Below are positions 45,801-53,924 of a stretch of 64,000 bases of DNA, one piece after another (within the stretch, counting starts at the first letter, position 1; every line of letters starts with the position of its first letter). The position numbers and the translations under genes are program-made. The DNA comes from Bacteroidota bacterium (GTDB lineage: Bacteria; Bacteroidota; Bacteroidia; Bacteroidales; JAAUTT01): contig JAJYAG010000001.1 in assembly GCA_021779665.1 (NCBI GenBank), forward strand, positions 67,396-131,395, written 5' to 3'. A model generated the notes under the pieces. It saw only the letters and a program-made list of their open reading frames with translations. It ran no database searches and was not told the origin of the DNA.

Positions 45801-47443
45801 GGATAAAGTACATTGTAATTCATTTTCAGGACCTCATTCCAGTAATATCTGCGCCAACCCTGGGTTAATAAAAGGTAATTGAGGGCCTTTTCAGCTTTTG
45901 GTTCTTCAGGGTTGAAATAAAACTCAGGTTTCTCAACTTTCCCTTTGATTTCGGAGCCCAGCAACATCCACGATAGAATATTATGCTGCTTGTCATCGGC
46001 CATGGTCATAAGCTGATCTTTCACAACAGCCAGCGAAAGATTTGCAGCTACCGGAATACTGTCCTTATCGGTTGTACGAATGCTCAGCTTTACCTTCTGG
46101 CGCGGGTTATATTTTTCCTTATCGAACCTTAGAGATATGTTTAAACGCTTATTATAATTGAAGAACATCAGCCGCTCGCAACGAGGATTCCCCTGTCGGT
46201 CGAACAAAGTTGCAATAGCAGTACCAGTAGGAAATTTATCGGCCGAAAATTCTATTTCGTTGCTATTTCCGCCTGCATTTTCGGAATAAGTGAAATAAGT
46301 TCCGTTAGCTGACTGAACCGCAAAATGAACCCTTTCGCCCTGAGGCGCATGATATATAGCTTTATACCTGTTTTCGCCGGCAGGAACCACTCTTAGCGTG
46401 TACCCCCTGGGCATTACTTCGGGCAATTCGAACCTTTCTTTGATTTGAGGTTTCGTAATTACAGCAAAGTAATGCTTTCCGGGAACAGGAAACATTTCGA
46501 AAGCTCCCATTCCCTGGTGAAAGCTGCTGAATTCAAGAATTCTGTTATTGGTATTGTCGGTAATATATCCTTCTACTTCAGCAGGTTTACCAAATTCGTT
46601 TACAGCTTTAAATGCAATATTACCCGGAATATTAGCCACAAGGTATCCTCCTTCCGGAAAGAATTCAATATTGATTTTATTCAAAACAATGGGTATAGAG
46701 CGGGAAACAGCCTCTGTACTGCCTTCGTGCAATATTTTGGCATTGATAAGTCCGTCGCTGCTTTTCAGCGTTTCGGGGAGGATATACTGCAGCATCACTT
46801 TACCTTTATTATCGGTCTGAAGGTCAACCGTTTTTACCTTTTCCCCGGCAAGTGATATATCTGCTTTTACGTTTTTGAAAGTTAAAGGAACATTTTCGAG
46901 TGTTTCAACTTTCAGCTCAGCCTTCACAGTATCGCCCGGGGAATAGCTTTCTCTTTTAAAATCAATCTTTGCCAGCAACCGTGGATAAACCACTTTCTGA
47001 ATCTGAATTTCCTTTTCGAAGTAATAATCCACCCCAAAATTTTTCATCCAGGTGGTGTAAGCCTTTATTTTGTAGAGTCCGCCTGCATAAGAATCGTCGA
47101 TGGTGAAGCTGCCGGAACAAACTCCCTGAATCACCTGAAGTGTCAACGATTTATCAACATTGCTGCGGGGATTGATAAGCTCGATATAAACAACATCCGA
47201 TTGTCGGGATGGGAGATTGGTAGCTCCATCAGTCACAAAAGCCTTGAACCAGATATCTTCTCCGGGCTTGTACAGCGATTTATCTACATGCAGATACACC
47301 TTTTCAAAAGGCTTGTTTTTATAAAAGGAGCTCACAAAGTTCTTCAGAGCAGCAATAAAAGGATCTTCCGACTGGCTGAAATAAACAAAGCCAGAACAAA
47401 TAAGGGTTAATATCAAGGCTGTGGTTATAATTTTTGTTTTCAT
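42788..47443 (-). CDS. Alpha-2-macroglobulin-family thioester protein with an internal CarboxypepD_reg + TonB-dependent-receptor Plug cassette
   Basis: 1551 aa with a signal peptide (possible lipobox LTLIC). MG-type N-terminal domains (YLHVDKSLYKPGEDIWFKAFV; LLLTQGWRRYYW). Residues ~555-625 are CarboxypepD_reg-like (ISGTVKDKRDGKPVKAEVVVIE...GRFRFEN). Residues ~686-816 are SusC-type Plug motifs (LDEIVVIGYGTQRKADLTGSV, VTIRGTNAL, PLYVVDGVVYD, ISVLKDASATSIYGCRAANGVILITT). Then come an A2M block (FRSTIYWNPNISTNNAGSAEVEFYTSDEITTFRAVAEG), the thioester EPYGCFEQT (Cys1080) and a receptor-binding-type C-terminal domain. Confidence 0.85.
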   Translation of the reverse strand: MKTKIITTALILTLICSGFVYFSQSEDPFIAALKNFVSSFYKNKPFEKVYLHVDKSLYKPGEDIWFKAFVTDGATNLPSRQSDVVYIELINPRSNVDKSLTLQVIQGVCSGSFTIDDSYAGGLYKIKAYTTWMKNFGVDYYFEKEIQIQKVVYPRLLAKIDFKRESYSPGDTVKAELKVETLENVPLTFKNVKADISLAGEKVKTVDLQTDNKGKVMLQYILPETLKSSDGLINAKILHEGSTEAVSRSIPIVLNKINIEFFPEGGYLVANIPGNIAFKAVNEFGKPAEVEGYITDNTNNRILEFSSFHQGMGAFEMFPVPGKHYFAVITKPQIKERFELPEVMPRGYTLRVVPAGENRYKAIYHAPQGERVHFAVQSANGTYFTYSENAGGNSNEIEFSADKFPTGTAIATLFDRQGNPRCERLMFFNYNKRLNISLRFDKEKYNPRQKVKLSIRTTDKDSIPVAANLSLAVVKDQLMTMADDKQHNILSWMLLGSEIKGKVEKPEFYFNPEEPKAEKALNYLLLTQGWRRYYWNEVLKMNYNVLYPAERIGCISGTVKDKRDGKPVKAEVVVIELENRKRILKVSTTELGRFRFENADASSHIQVLARSSEIDISDIYIEIDYLNELAGTGLGSSISGESLMPEIVKVKTGEISKKRSVTSYVTETVEMGKGPDMILDEDVKSLDEIVVIGYGTQRKADLTGSVTKVTASNIQTLPGMVNQALQGRVAGLNVINDQGQPGVSPQVTIRGTNALSVNEPLYVVDGVVYDPSLSDSKSILHNIPVSNIASISVLKDASATSIYGCRAANGVILITTSANNGYYKQLKKSFKPRYSGLLISPRRLSGIKEFYYPVYKENETPKERTDFRSTIYWNPNISTNNAGSAEVEFYTSDEITTFRAVAEGIGNTGDVGRTEKKFYTQLPFSMAVKFPAYVSFGDTVVMPLILKNNTSKTLTGKLQYYVPENLNPLTILPDSVEIAPFSDRNLSVPFFVRNMAGKVKLGINFDGGTNSDAFNQEVDIQPKGFPASFSVSAKETEKNFTFTISKAIPGSLKAQFSAYPDILSDLLSGIESILREPYGCFEQTSSSTYPNIMVLQYLKSRGMDTAMVSQRALKLIKTGYDRLKSFETSQNGFEWFGHAPGHLGLTAYGFMEFTDMKAVYDDVDQAMMDRTLKWILKHRDGKGNFKGDNYQKYSFGGTSDQVTNAYVVYALSEAGIDKIDTEYELAKQEALKSEDPYRLALMANAAFNYKKTNDGSKMLEMIQKKIDNKSWDQLTIQPSFTHSYGKSLQVETASLYIMAALKTTLYSWSELEKSVNFIISSRSYGGFGSTQATILALKALTAYSLQSAQVNSDGEISLIINGSNAGSQSFRKGDKGKIVLARFEKYLQEGTNKVLIRFSGTQASMPFSFDASWNSSTPASHPDSKLLLETALSTHNTRVGETVRMNIKLRNITNDGLPMTMAIIGIPSGLSLQPWQLKEIQEKGKVDFYEVNKNLLVLYYREMAPGEEKEIKLDLRSEIAGTYQAPASCTYLYYTNEMKYWIDGEVVKVSR

Positions 47444-47575
47444 GGTTGCAGGTATTAATGTTTTTTAAAAGATGTGGGCGGAATACGAGTCCCCCAAAAA
47501 GATTGTATTTTATTTCAGACATTGTCTGTTCATCTTTACATTGATTTTTGACTCTTTGGTTCTTTGATATGCTGC

Positions 47576-50449
47576 TTAGAGACTTACCTTTATCGAAATT
47601 CCAACACTACTTACCGCCGGCATATTGAAAAGATCCAGTCCACCAGTATTCGATTTCTTCCAGAGGGTTATATTCGGATCGGAGCCGCTATAGCTGGTAA
47701 TGAGTAACGGATTGCGGATGAAAACCGAGATTTCAGGTTTAAAATCACGCATTCTGTAAAATTTATAACTTACTGATATCTCACGGATCCTGAACCAGGA
47801 GGCATTTTCAACCGCATCTTCTGCAACACCGGTCATGCCGTAGCGATACCAGCGATTCTGCTGCAGGGATCGGGTGGGATTGGCAAAATCAACCGGTGTA
47901 GTATTTACAGTGCCATCCTCCTTTACTCCCGGAAAAATATATTCCAGTACCTTCCGCCCTTCAACAGTCTTTTCCGACAAACCCAGGTACGATAAAACAT
48001 TACCCGTGCCGTTCCAAACCTGTCCCCCGTGCCTGTATTCCATTAAGATACTTGTAGTAAAGCTGCCCAAAAAAATTGTCGGTTCGAAACCTATTGTAAA
48101 ATCGGGTTGAGGATTGGCAATCACTTTCAGGTTATCATCCACAAGCGGATAACCATCTTCTCCGATAATCAATTTCCCATTATCATCTCTTCTCCAGGAA
48201 GTTCCAACCACCACACCTGCAGGATATCCTTTTATCAGCGAGGTATGCACATCGGCATAACCGCCTAAGGGAATCTCACGGTTGTTTCCATAAATATTGG
48301 TAACTACAGATTTATAGCTGTCGAAAATAAAACGAAACTGAGAGGACCTGTTGTTGTACACGAAGTTCTGGTAGATTAGAATTTCTGCTTCTATTCCGCG
48401 CGTTCTGGTGGACGCCAGATTCTTCACCAGCACTTCCCCATTTTCCAAAACCGGGAACATTGCATTGGTGGTTTTGTGCTCATAAAAATCAATATCGAGC
48501 GAAATCTTATTATTCAAAAAACCAAATTCTCCACCTGCATCTTTCTTTTCAACCTTTTCGGGAGTAAGACCCAGGTTGGGAATTATTTCGTGCTCAAAAA
48601 GGGTATTGTAAAAATCGGATGAGCGGATGTTCTGAAAGTTATATTTACCAAAAGAACTGTTCATGGCTGCAAAAGAATAATTATATCCCCAGTTGGCTTT
48701 CAGCTTTATTCGTTCAACAAAGCCATGTATTCTGAAGATATCATCAATATTGAAGCCCAATGCATATGTCGGAGCATAAAGCATTTTGTTTCCGTGATAG
48801 TGATTATTTCCACTGAAGTTGTGTGTCATTTTAAGCAATATCCCTTTTCGGAAAGTCAGATTTGAATTCCAGTTTATACTATGTTCTTCGCGGGAAAGAC
48901 TATAGTTTGTTTTTGTAAGTATTTCATCAGACAAAACTTCATCTCTGCGCGCCAATTCTGAATTCACACTGTAATATTCGTACCTTAGCGAAGAGCTTAA
49001 ATCAGCATATCTGAAATATTTGTTCAGGTTAATGCCTGTGGCGGATAAAAAAGACTCCAGCGAACCATTACGGAAAGTATTTGCTGTTTCGTCCATGCCA
49101 ACAGGCACAGATAAAAACCCGGTGTAAACTTTATTTTTTTGGTTTTGATATCTGAAGTCGGTAAAAACTGAAAACTGGCCGGACAGTTTGTATTCAAGAT
49201 TTAACACGCTGTTGATGGATTGCTGGTTCTCCTTATCCTGCATATTATGAAGCAACCAGTAAGGGTGGTTAACTTTACCCGCTGCATAGCTCCTTTGTGT
49301 CCCATTCTCCAGCTGATATGTTTCGGAGGAGTTATATGCATCTCTGGCTTTTTTACCTCCGGTTATATCAAAACTAGGTGGTGATGTTAATATGGAAGCT
49401 ATTACCAGGGTGCTGTTAGGAGAACCGTCGAGGTAGTTGCTTTTTAAATTATCGATGGTAAGTTGTCCTCCAATTTTGAACCTGCCATATACGCGCTTTA
49501 ATTTCAAATCGACAATATTCCCATTACTTTTTTGTCCGGCTAAGATACCCTTGTTTAACTGGTTGCTGAGCGCTATCGAATATTCTTTGCGCTCCGTTTT
49601 AAGAAAAATTTTCAGACTGTTGATATAAGTAAAGCCATTGCAAAATGCTTTTGACGGATCGTAACTCCGGGCCGGATTTCCGTTTCCGGTATTTTTGGGT
49701 ACCAGGCGGCCGTTGGAATCATAATCCCAGCTACTTCCATCAAATTCGAAGTTTTGAAGATTGGGTCCCCAGCTTAGTATTTCGCCGGTTTCGGGCGATT
49801 GCCACTGCGAGGTTCCATTAACCGGCCTTCCCTGTGCAAAACTGCTCTGTAATTTTGGCAACCGGGTATGGTGTTCTGTTGAAACCGAGGTAAAATAAGA
49901 AACATGCGGAATCCGGATGTATTCATCCCTGACCATATTGATCCGTGCCAGATCTTTGCCAAAATCGATACTTCCAATCTTGTTAACTACCATGTCATGG
50001 TCGTGCAACCAGTTATAATCAGGATTTATTACAGAAAAGGAAGGCGTTGAGGAGGTAAACACTGCTCTTCCTTCTTCAGCAGGTAATGTGTCAGTATATT
50101 CCGGGTAAGAAACCGGTACATAACTTCTCTCAGGCTGTGGTTCACCGGAAGTTATGTTCTGACTTTGCCCCCCGGGTTCTGAGTTTTTAACCGTAACGAG
50201 CATTTCTTTGGTGCTAAAACCTATATAAGAGAATACCAGTGTGGATCCCAAAGGGGCATTAATGCTGTAGGTTCCGTTAATATCGGTTACCACACCGGTG
50301 GTGGTTCCTTTAATATTTATGCTAACTCCTATTAATGGCTCCCCGGAACTATCTTTCATGGTACCTCTAATCAAACGCATTTCCTGCGAAAAGGCCATTC
50401 TTAAAGAAAAAAGGAACAGCAGTGTTAAAATTATTTTATAAGGCTTCAT
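47576..50449 (-). CDS. SusC/RagA-like TonB-dependent outer-membrane barrel lacking a recognisable Plug domain
   Basis: Started at the ATG at 50449 (MKPYKIILTLLFLFSLRMAFSQE); the track's TTG at 50524 is rejected. A CarboxypepD_reg block is present (IRGTMKDSSGEPLIGVSINIKGTTTGVVTDINGTYSINAPLGSTLVFSYIGF). About 90 aa of Pro/Ser/Glu-rich sequence follow, without the plug motifs. Then comes a SusC-type barrel ending ...ITSYSGSDPNI...NMPAVSSVGISIKVSL. No susD-like gene follows. Confidence 0.85.
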   Translation of the reverse strand: MKPYKIILTLLFLFSLRMAFSQEMRLIRGTMKDSSGEPLIGVSINIKGTTTGVVTDINGTYSINAPLGSTLVFSYIGFSTKEMLVTVKNSEPGGQSQNITSGEPQPERSYVPVSYPEYTDTLPAEEGRAVFTSSTPSFSVINPDYNWLHDHDMVVNKIGSIDFGKDLARINMVRDEYIRIPHVSYFTSVSTEHHTRLPKLQSSFAQGRPVNGTSQWQSPETGEILSWGPNLQNFEFDGSSWDYDSNGRLVPKNTGNGNPARSYDPSKAFCNGFTYINSLKIFLKTERKEYSIALSNQLNKGILAGQKSNGNIVDLKLKRVYGRFKIGGQLTIDNLKSNYLDGSPNSTLVIASILTSPPSFDITGGKKARDAYNSSETYQLENGTQRSYAAGKVNHPYWLLHNMQDKENQQSINSVLNLEYKLSGQFSVFTDFRYQNQKNKVYTGFLSVPVGMDETANTFRNGSLESFLSATGINLNKYFRYADLSSSLRYEYYSVNSELARRDEVLSDEILTKTNYSLSREEHSINWNSNLTFRKGILLKMTHNFSGNNHYHGNKMLYAPTYALGFNIDDIFRIHGFVERIKLKANWGYNYSFAAMNSSFGKYNFQNIRSSDFYNTLFEHEIIPNLGLTPEKVEKKDAGGEFGFLNNKISLDIDFYEHKTTNAMFPVLENGEVLVKNLASTRTRGIEAEILIYQNFVYNNRSSQFRFIFDSYKSVVTNIYGNNREIPLGGYADVHTSLIKGYPAGVVVGTSWRRDDNGKLIIGEDGYPLVDDNLKVIANPQPDFTIGFEPTIFLGSFTTSILMEYRHGGQVWNGTGNVLSYLGLSEKTVEGRKVLEYIFPGVKEDGTVNTTPVDFANPTRSLQQNRWYRYGMTGVAEDAVENASWFRIREISVSYKFYRMRDFKPEISVFIRNPLLITSYSGSDPNITLWKKSNTGGLDLFNMPAVSSVGISIKVSL

Positions 50450-50601
50450 GGTTAAAATTTTTGGTTCACACTTAGGATGAAGCTCAAAAATTTGTCCCCT
50501 AAAAAATGAATAAAAAAAGTTCAATTCAGCCGCAAGAAATTGTAACTTTCGTTGTCAAACATTCAATTTACTTCCATAATTAACTTCTAAACTATCTAAA
50601 C

Positions 50602-51111
50602 ATGAAAAGTAATTTTTTAAAGCCAACCACCTTGATTTTTGTAAGTCTTCTGTTTTTTACAGCTTTTACAGTTTCAGCCCAGAAGCCAAGCTTTGGAGGA
50701 ACCTGGAATCTGAATCAGGAAAAAAGTCAGTTGGGCGAAGGTCCGGGCAGACGCGCTGCTGCCAAAATTGTTATCAACGAAATTGAAAGCAGCATGATAG
50801 TCGAACGTACTTCTACTCGTCAATCGGGCGAAACCATGACCACAAAAGAAATTTATAACCTTACCGGAACTGAGACTGATAACTCCACCGAAAACAGGAA
50901 GAAAAAATCAGTAGCCTCCTGGTCGGCCGACAGCAAGGAACTCACCATTAAATCGACCACCACATTTGAACGCGATGGCAACAGCATGGAAATGAAATCG
51001 ACCGAGGTTTATAAAATAAGCGACGATAAAAAAACGTTAACAATAGATAACACGATGAGCTCGCAGCGGGGCGATTTTAAAACCACACTGGTTTACGACC
51101 TCGCTCAATAA
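50602..51111 (+). CDS. Small secreted beta-rich protein (lipocalin-like?), paralogue of 4196..4711
   Basis: 169 aa. Signal peptide ends ...FTVSAQKP, followed by FGGTW. Shares blocks with 4196..4711. Divergent from the barrel gene across a 152-bp gap. Confidence 0.5.
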   Translation: MKSNFLKPTTLIFVSLLFFTAFTVSAQKPSFGGTWNLNQEKSQLGEGPGRRAAAKIVINEIESSMIVERTSTRQSGETMTTKEIYNLTGTETDNSTENRKKKSVASWSADSKELTIKSTTTFERDGNSMEMKSTEVYKISDDKKTLTIDNTMSSQRGDFKTTLVYDLAQ

Positions 51112-51225
51112 TACTCAACCTTTGTATTAACGCTATTTAAGCCTTGCATCGGATGGTGCAGGGCTTTATTTTTAAACAAAAAAGCCGTATTATGCTTTAT
51201 ATAGGTAAACTTTAAACCTTTAAGC

Positions 51226-51903
51226 ATGGCAAACAGATTAATGGATCCCATTGGCCGCCTGATGGGATTGCGGTATAAGTCACATCCCTGGCATGGAGTG
51301 GATATTGGTCCCGATGCTCCCCACCTCATCACCTGCTTTATCGAAATGGTTCCTACAGATACCGTAAAATACGAAGTGGACAAGGTTACCGGCTATTTAC
51401 GTATTGACAGGCCCCAGAAATACTCCAACGTGGTGCCAGCCTTATATGGATTTATCCCTCAAACATATTCCGGGCAGCGTGTTGCCGAGTTTGCCATGAG
51501 CAAGACAGAACGCACCGGAATTACAGGTGATTCGGACCCGATTGATATTTGTATCCTGACAGAAAAGGAAATAACCCACGGCGATATAATTCTGCGCTGC
51601 CGGCCCATTGGCGGTTTTAGAATGATTGACGGGAATGAGGCTGACGATAAAATTATCGGGGTATTGTATGGCGATGCTGTATATGGAGATTATAAAGATA
51701 TTAACGATGTTCCCGAACTTGTGATCGACCGTTTGAAACATTATTTTTTAACCTACAAGGATTTACCAGGTAATAAAGCCAATACTGAGATTACCCATAC
51801 TTATAATATAACAGAGGCCCACGAACTTATTCAATGTTCTATGGAAGACTATCAGAATAAATTCGCAAGCCTGGATAAAATTTTGTCGTCGGCAACGAGC
51901 TGA
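51226..51903 (+). CDS. ppa: Inorganic pyrophosphatase, family I
   Basis: 225 aa. Contains YGFIPQT, the signature DSDPIDICIL and DGNEADDKIIGV. Longer than the ~175-aa bacterial norm. Confidence 0.85.
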   Translation: MANRLMDPIGRLMGLRYKSHPWHGVDIGPDAPHLITCFIEMVPTDTVKYEVDKVTGYLRIDRPQKYSNVVPALYGFIPQTYSGQRVAEFAMSKTERTGITGDSDPIDICILTEKEITHGDIILRCRPIGGFRMIDGNEADDKIIGVLYGDAVYGDYKDINDVPELVIDRLKHYFLTYKDLPGNKANTEITHTYNITEAHELIQCSMEDYQNKFASLDKILSSATS

Positions 51904-51910
51904 AAGGGTT

Positions 51911-51995
51911 GCGCATGTTTCGGGTTACGCGTTACACGTTAATACTCGTAACAAATTTTTTGACCCGAAACCCGTAACCTCGTAACCCGAAACGC
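51911..51995. repeat. Long hairpin built from GTAAC/CGAAAC words between convergent genes
   Basis: Perfect 12-bp inverted repeat tttcgggttacg (51918-51929) / cgtaacccgaaa (51981-51992), with partial extension (gcgcatg.. / ..acgcatt). The interior is made of cgttac / cgtaac / ccgaaac words. Confidence 0.75.
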
Positions 51996-52008
51996 ATTAA
52001 CCCGGCTC

Positions 52009-52662
52009 CTACCAGCTTTTCTTTTTTCCTTTATACCAGAAATAACCTGAATCGACTTTCGAAACAGCCAGATCATATAATTCATTGGCCACTTCTTCGG
52101 GATCGCGGGCTGCTTTTTCTCCGCCCATATCGGTTTTTACCCAACCCGGATCAATGGATGATACTCTGATATCGATTTCATTTAAACGACCGGCCAGCAC
52201 TCTTGTATACATGTTTACGGCTGCTTTCGAAACCCGGTAAGCCGGATAAAATCCATTGATAGTACCTTCAATAGAACCTAACCCGGAGGAAATATTAATG
52301 ATATGTCCTCCCGTGGGAACGATATGAAGAATGCTCTCAGTAAAGTTAATAAGGCCAATAACATTGACATTTATTGTTTTCTGAAGGTCTTCGTACGAAT
52401 ATTCCTCGCCTTTTTCGAGCAGAATTCCTGCACTGTTAATCAGCACATCAACCGGTTGAGCATTTTTCTTTATGAACTCTTTAAACCTGTTGACGCTTTC
52501 GATATCGGAAACATCCAGCTTTTCGTAGAAAAACCGCGGATGAACCAATGGGGATACTCCCGATTGACTACCTCCCAATACCTGCCATCCTTTTTCAAGA
52601 AATTTCTCGGCGGTGGCTTTGCCGATTCCACGGCCTACACCTGTGATTACGACTGTGCTCAT
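52009..52662 (-). CDS. SDR-family oxidoreductase
   Basis: 217 aa. Contains VVITGVGRGIGKA (TGxxxGxG), NSAG, and YRVSKAA (the YxxxK catalytic motif). Confidence 0.85.
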   Translation of the reverse strand: MSTVVITGVGRGIGKATAEKFLEKGWQVLGGSQSGVSPLVHPRFFYEKLDVSDIESVNRFKEFIKKNAQPVDVLINSAGILLEKGEEYSYEDLQKTINVNVIGLINFTESILHIVPTGGHIINISSGLGSIEGTINGFYPAYRVSKAAVNMYTRVLAGRLNEIDIRVSSIDPGWVKTDMGGEKAARDPEEVANELYDLAVSKVDSGYFWYKGKKKSW

Positions 52663-52811
52663 TGATGTTTATTTATTAGTTAATAGAAAAACACTTTTAA
52701 ATAATAACGGTTCAAACAAAACACCTGTAGTTAGAATATAAAGATAAGAAAAATAGGGTAAAACCGGTTTGGGGAATTTAATTTTCATCAAACCTTAAAA
52801 AACCGCTAATT

Positions 52812-53288
52812 ATGAAACCAAGTCTGAAACGCCGCGAATTTTTATCATCGTCCTTTAAAGCAGGTATTGTCACCTGTGGCCTGATGCTTTCAGGAAAACT
52901 AAATGCATTCACGCTTCCCGATGAAAAACCTGACCTGAAAAAACTGAATTATTGCGGATATCAATGTCCTGCCGACTGCAAAGTGAAACAAGCCACTGTT
53001 GAAAATAACGGGGAACTCAAGAAAGAAGCCTACAAACTTTGGCGAATCAAGGAAAAGTATAACACAGAGTTCGATGCTGAAAAAATGTTCTGCTGGGGCT
53101 GTAAAACCGAAGGAAAACCATTAGGTATTATTACAAGTAACTGCACGGTGCGCAGTTGTGCCATTTCCAAAAAATATGATTGCTGCCTCGAATGTAAGGA
53201 TTTATCCAGCTGTGACAAAGAAATATGGAAGACATTTCCGAAGTTCAGAGAAAGCATGCTGGAGCTGCAAAAGAAATATTTTTCGTAA
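52812..53288 (+). CDS. DUF3795-like Cys-rich protein with a twin-arginine-type signal
   Basis: 158 aa. The N-terminal KRREFLSSSFKAGIV is Tat-like. Cys pattern: CGYQCPADC, CWGCK, C..RSC and CCLECKDLSSC. Confidence 0.55.
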   Translation: MKPSLKRREFLSSSFKAGIVTCGLMLSGKLNAFTLPDEKPDLKKLNYCGYQCPADCKVKQATVENNGELKKEAYKLWRIKEKYNTEFDAEKMFCWGCKTEGKPLGIITSNCTVRSCAISKKYDCCLECKDLSSCDKEIWKTFPKFRESMLELQKKYFS

Positions 53289-53334
53289 GAATTTTTAAAT
53301 TTGCTTTTGTCTCCGTCACCCGAATTTTGTTAGC

Positions 53335-53919
53335 ATGACTCAAAAAATAGCAAGGATAATTTCAATCTTAGGCCATCCTTTTTTAACAATCCCGATGTAT
53401 ACGCTTATCATTACTTTCAGCTTGATGGAGGTACGCAAAGCTATATTTATCTCTCTTACAATTATAGGTGGCTTTTTTATACCCATTTCGCTGTGGAATT
53501 TTATTAAAACGCGGAAAGGAAGTTATACCAACTTTGATGTATCGGACCAGAAGCAAAGAAATTCAATGTATCTTTTTGCAATACCAGCCTTGTTGCTGGT
53601 ATTGGCTGTTTTCTATTTCACCAGGCAGTCGCACAACCTGATTCTCGTGATCGTGTTTGCCTTGATCCTGCTCACACTCTCCTACGCAGTTAATTTTTTC
53701 ATCAAATGTTCCGGGCATGCATCCATGACAATATTTCTTTCGTTTCTGGTTCTGCCTGTAAGCTTTACTTCAGCAATAATTATGCTGGTTTGCGCTATTG
53801 CAATTGGCTGGTCGCGACTTGAGCTAAAAAGACATACTTTTGCAGAAGTTATAACCGGAATTTTCCTCGGATTAGCAATTGGTTTTCCAATGCTGTTTTT
53901 CCAGGGTTATTTTAAATAG
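53335..53919 (+). CDS. Polytopic membrane protein, PAP2-like
   Basis: 194 aa with ~6 TM. CSGHAS and SRLELKRHTFAEVITG resemble PAP2 motifs 2 and 3. Motif 1 is unclear. Confidence 0.5.
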   Translation: MTQKIARIISILGHPFLTIPMYTLIITFSLMEVRKAIFISLTIIGGFFIPISLWNFIKTRKGSYTNFDVSDQKQRNSMYLFAIPALLLVLAVFYFTRQSHNLILVIVFALILLTLSYAVNFFIKCSGHASMTIFLSFLVLPVSFTSAIIMLVCAIAIGWSRLELKRHTFAEVITGIFLGLAIGFPMLFFQGYFK

Positions 53920-53924
53920 AAACT

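Noticed and set aside
46445-46855. 136-aa and 90-aa plus-strand ORFs inside the A2M gene
   Set aside because: They are antisense to a 1551-codon ORF that has multiple family motifs. They are shadow ORFs.
50450-50524. 25-codon N-terminal extension (TTG start) of the SusC-like gene in the ORF track
   Set aside because: The ATG at 50449 is followed immediately by a typical signal peptide (MKPYKIILTLLFLFSLRMAFSQE). The extension would bury that signal peptide.
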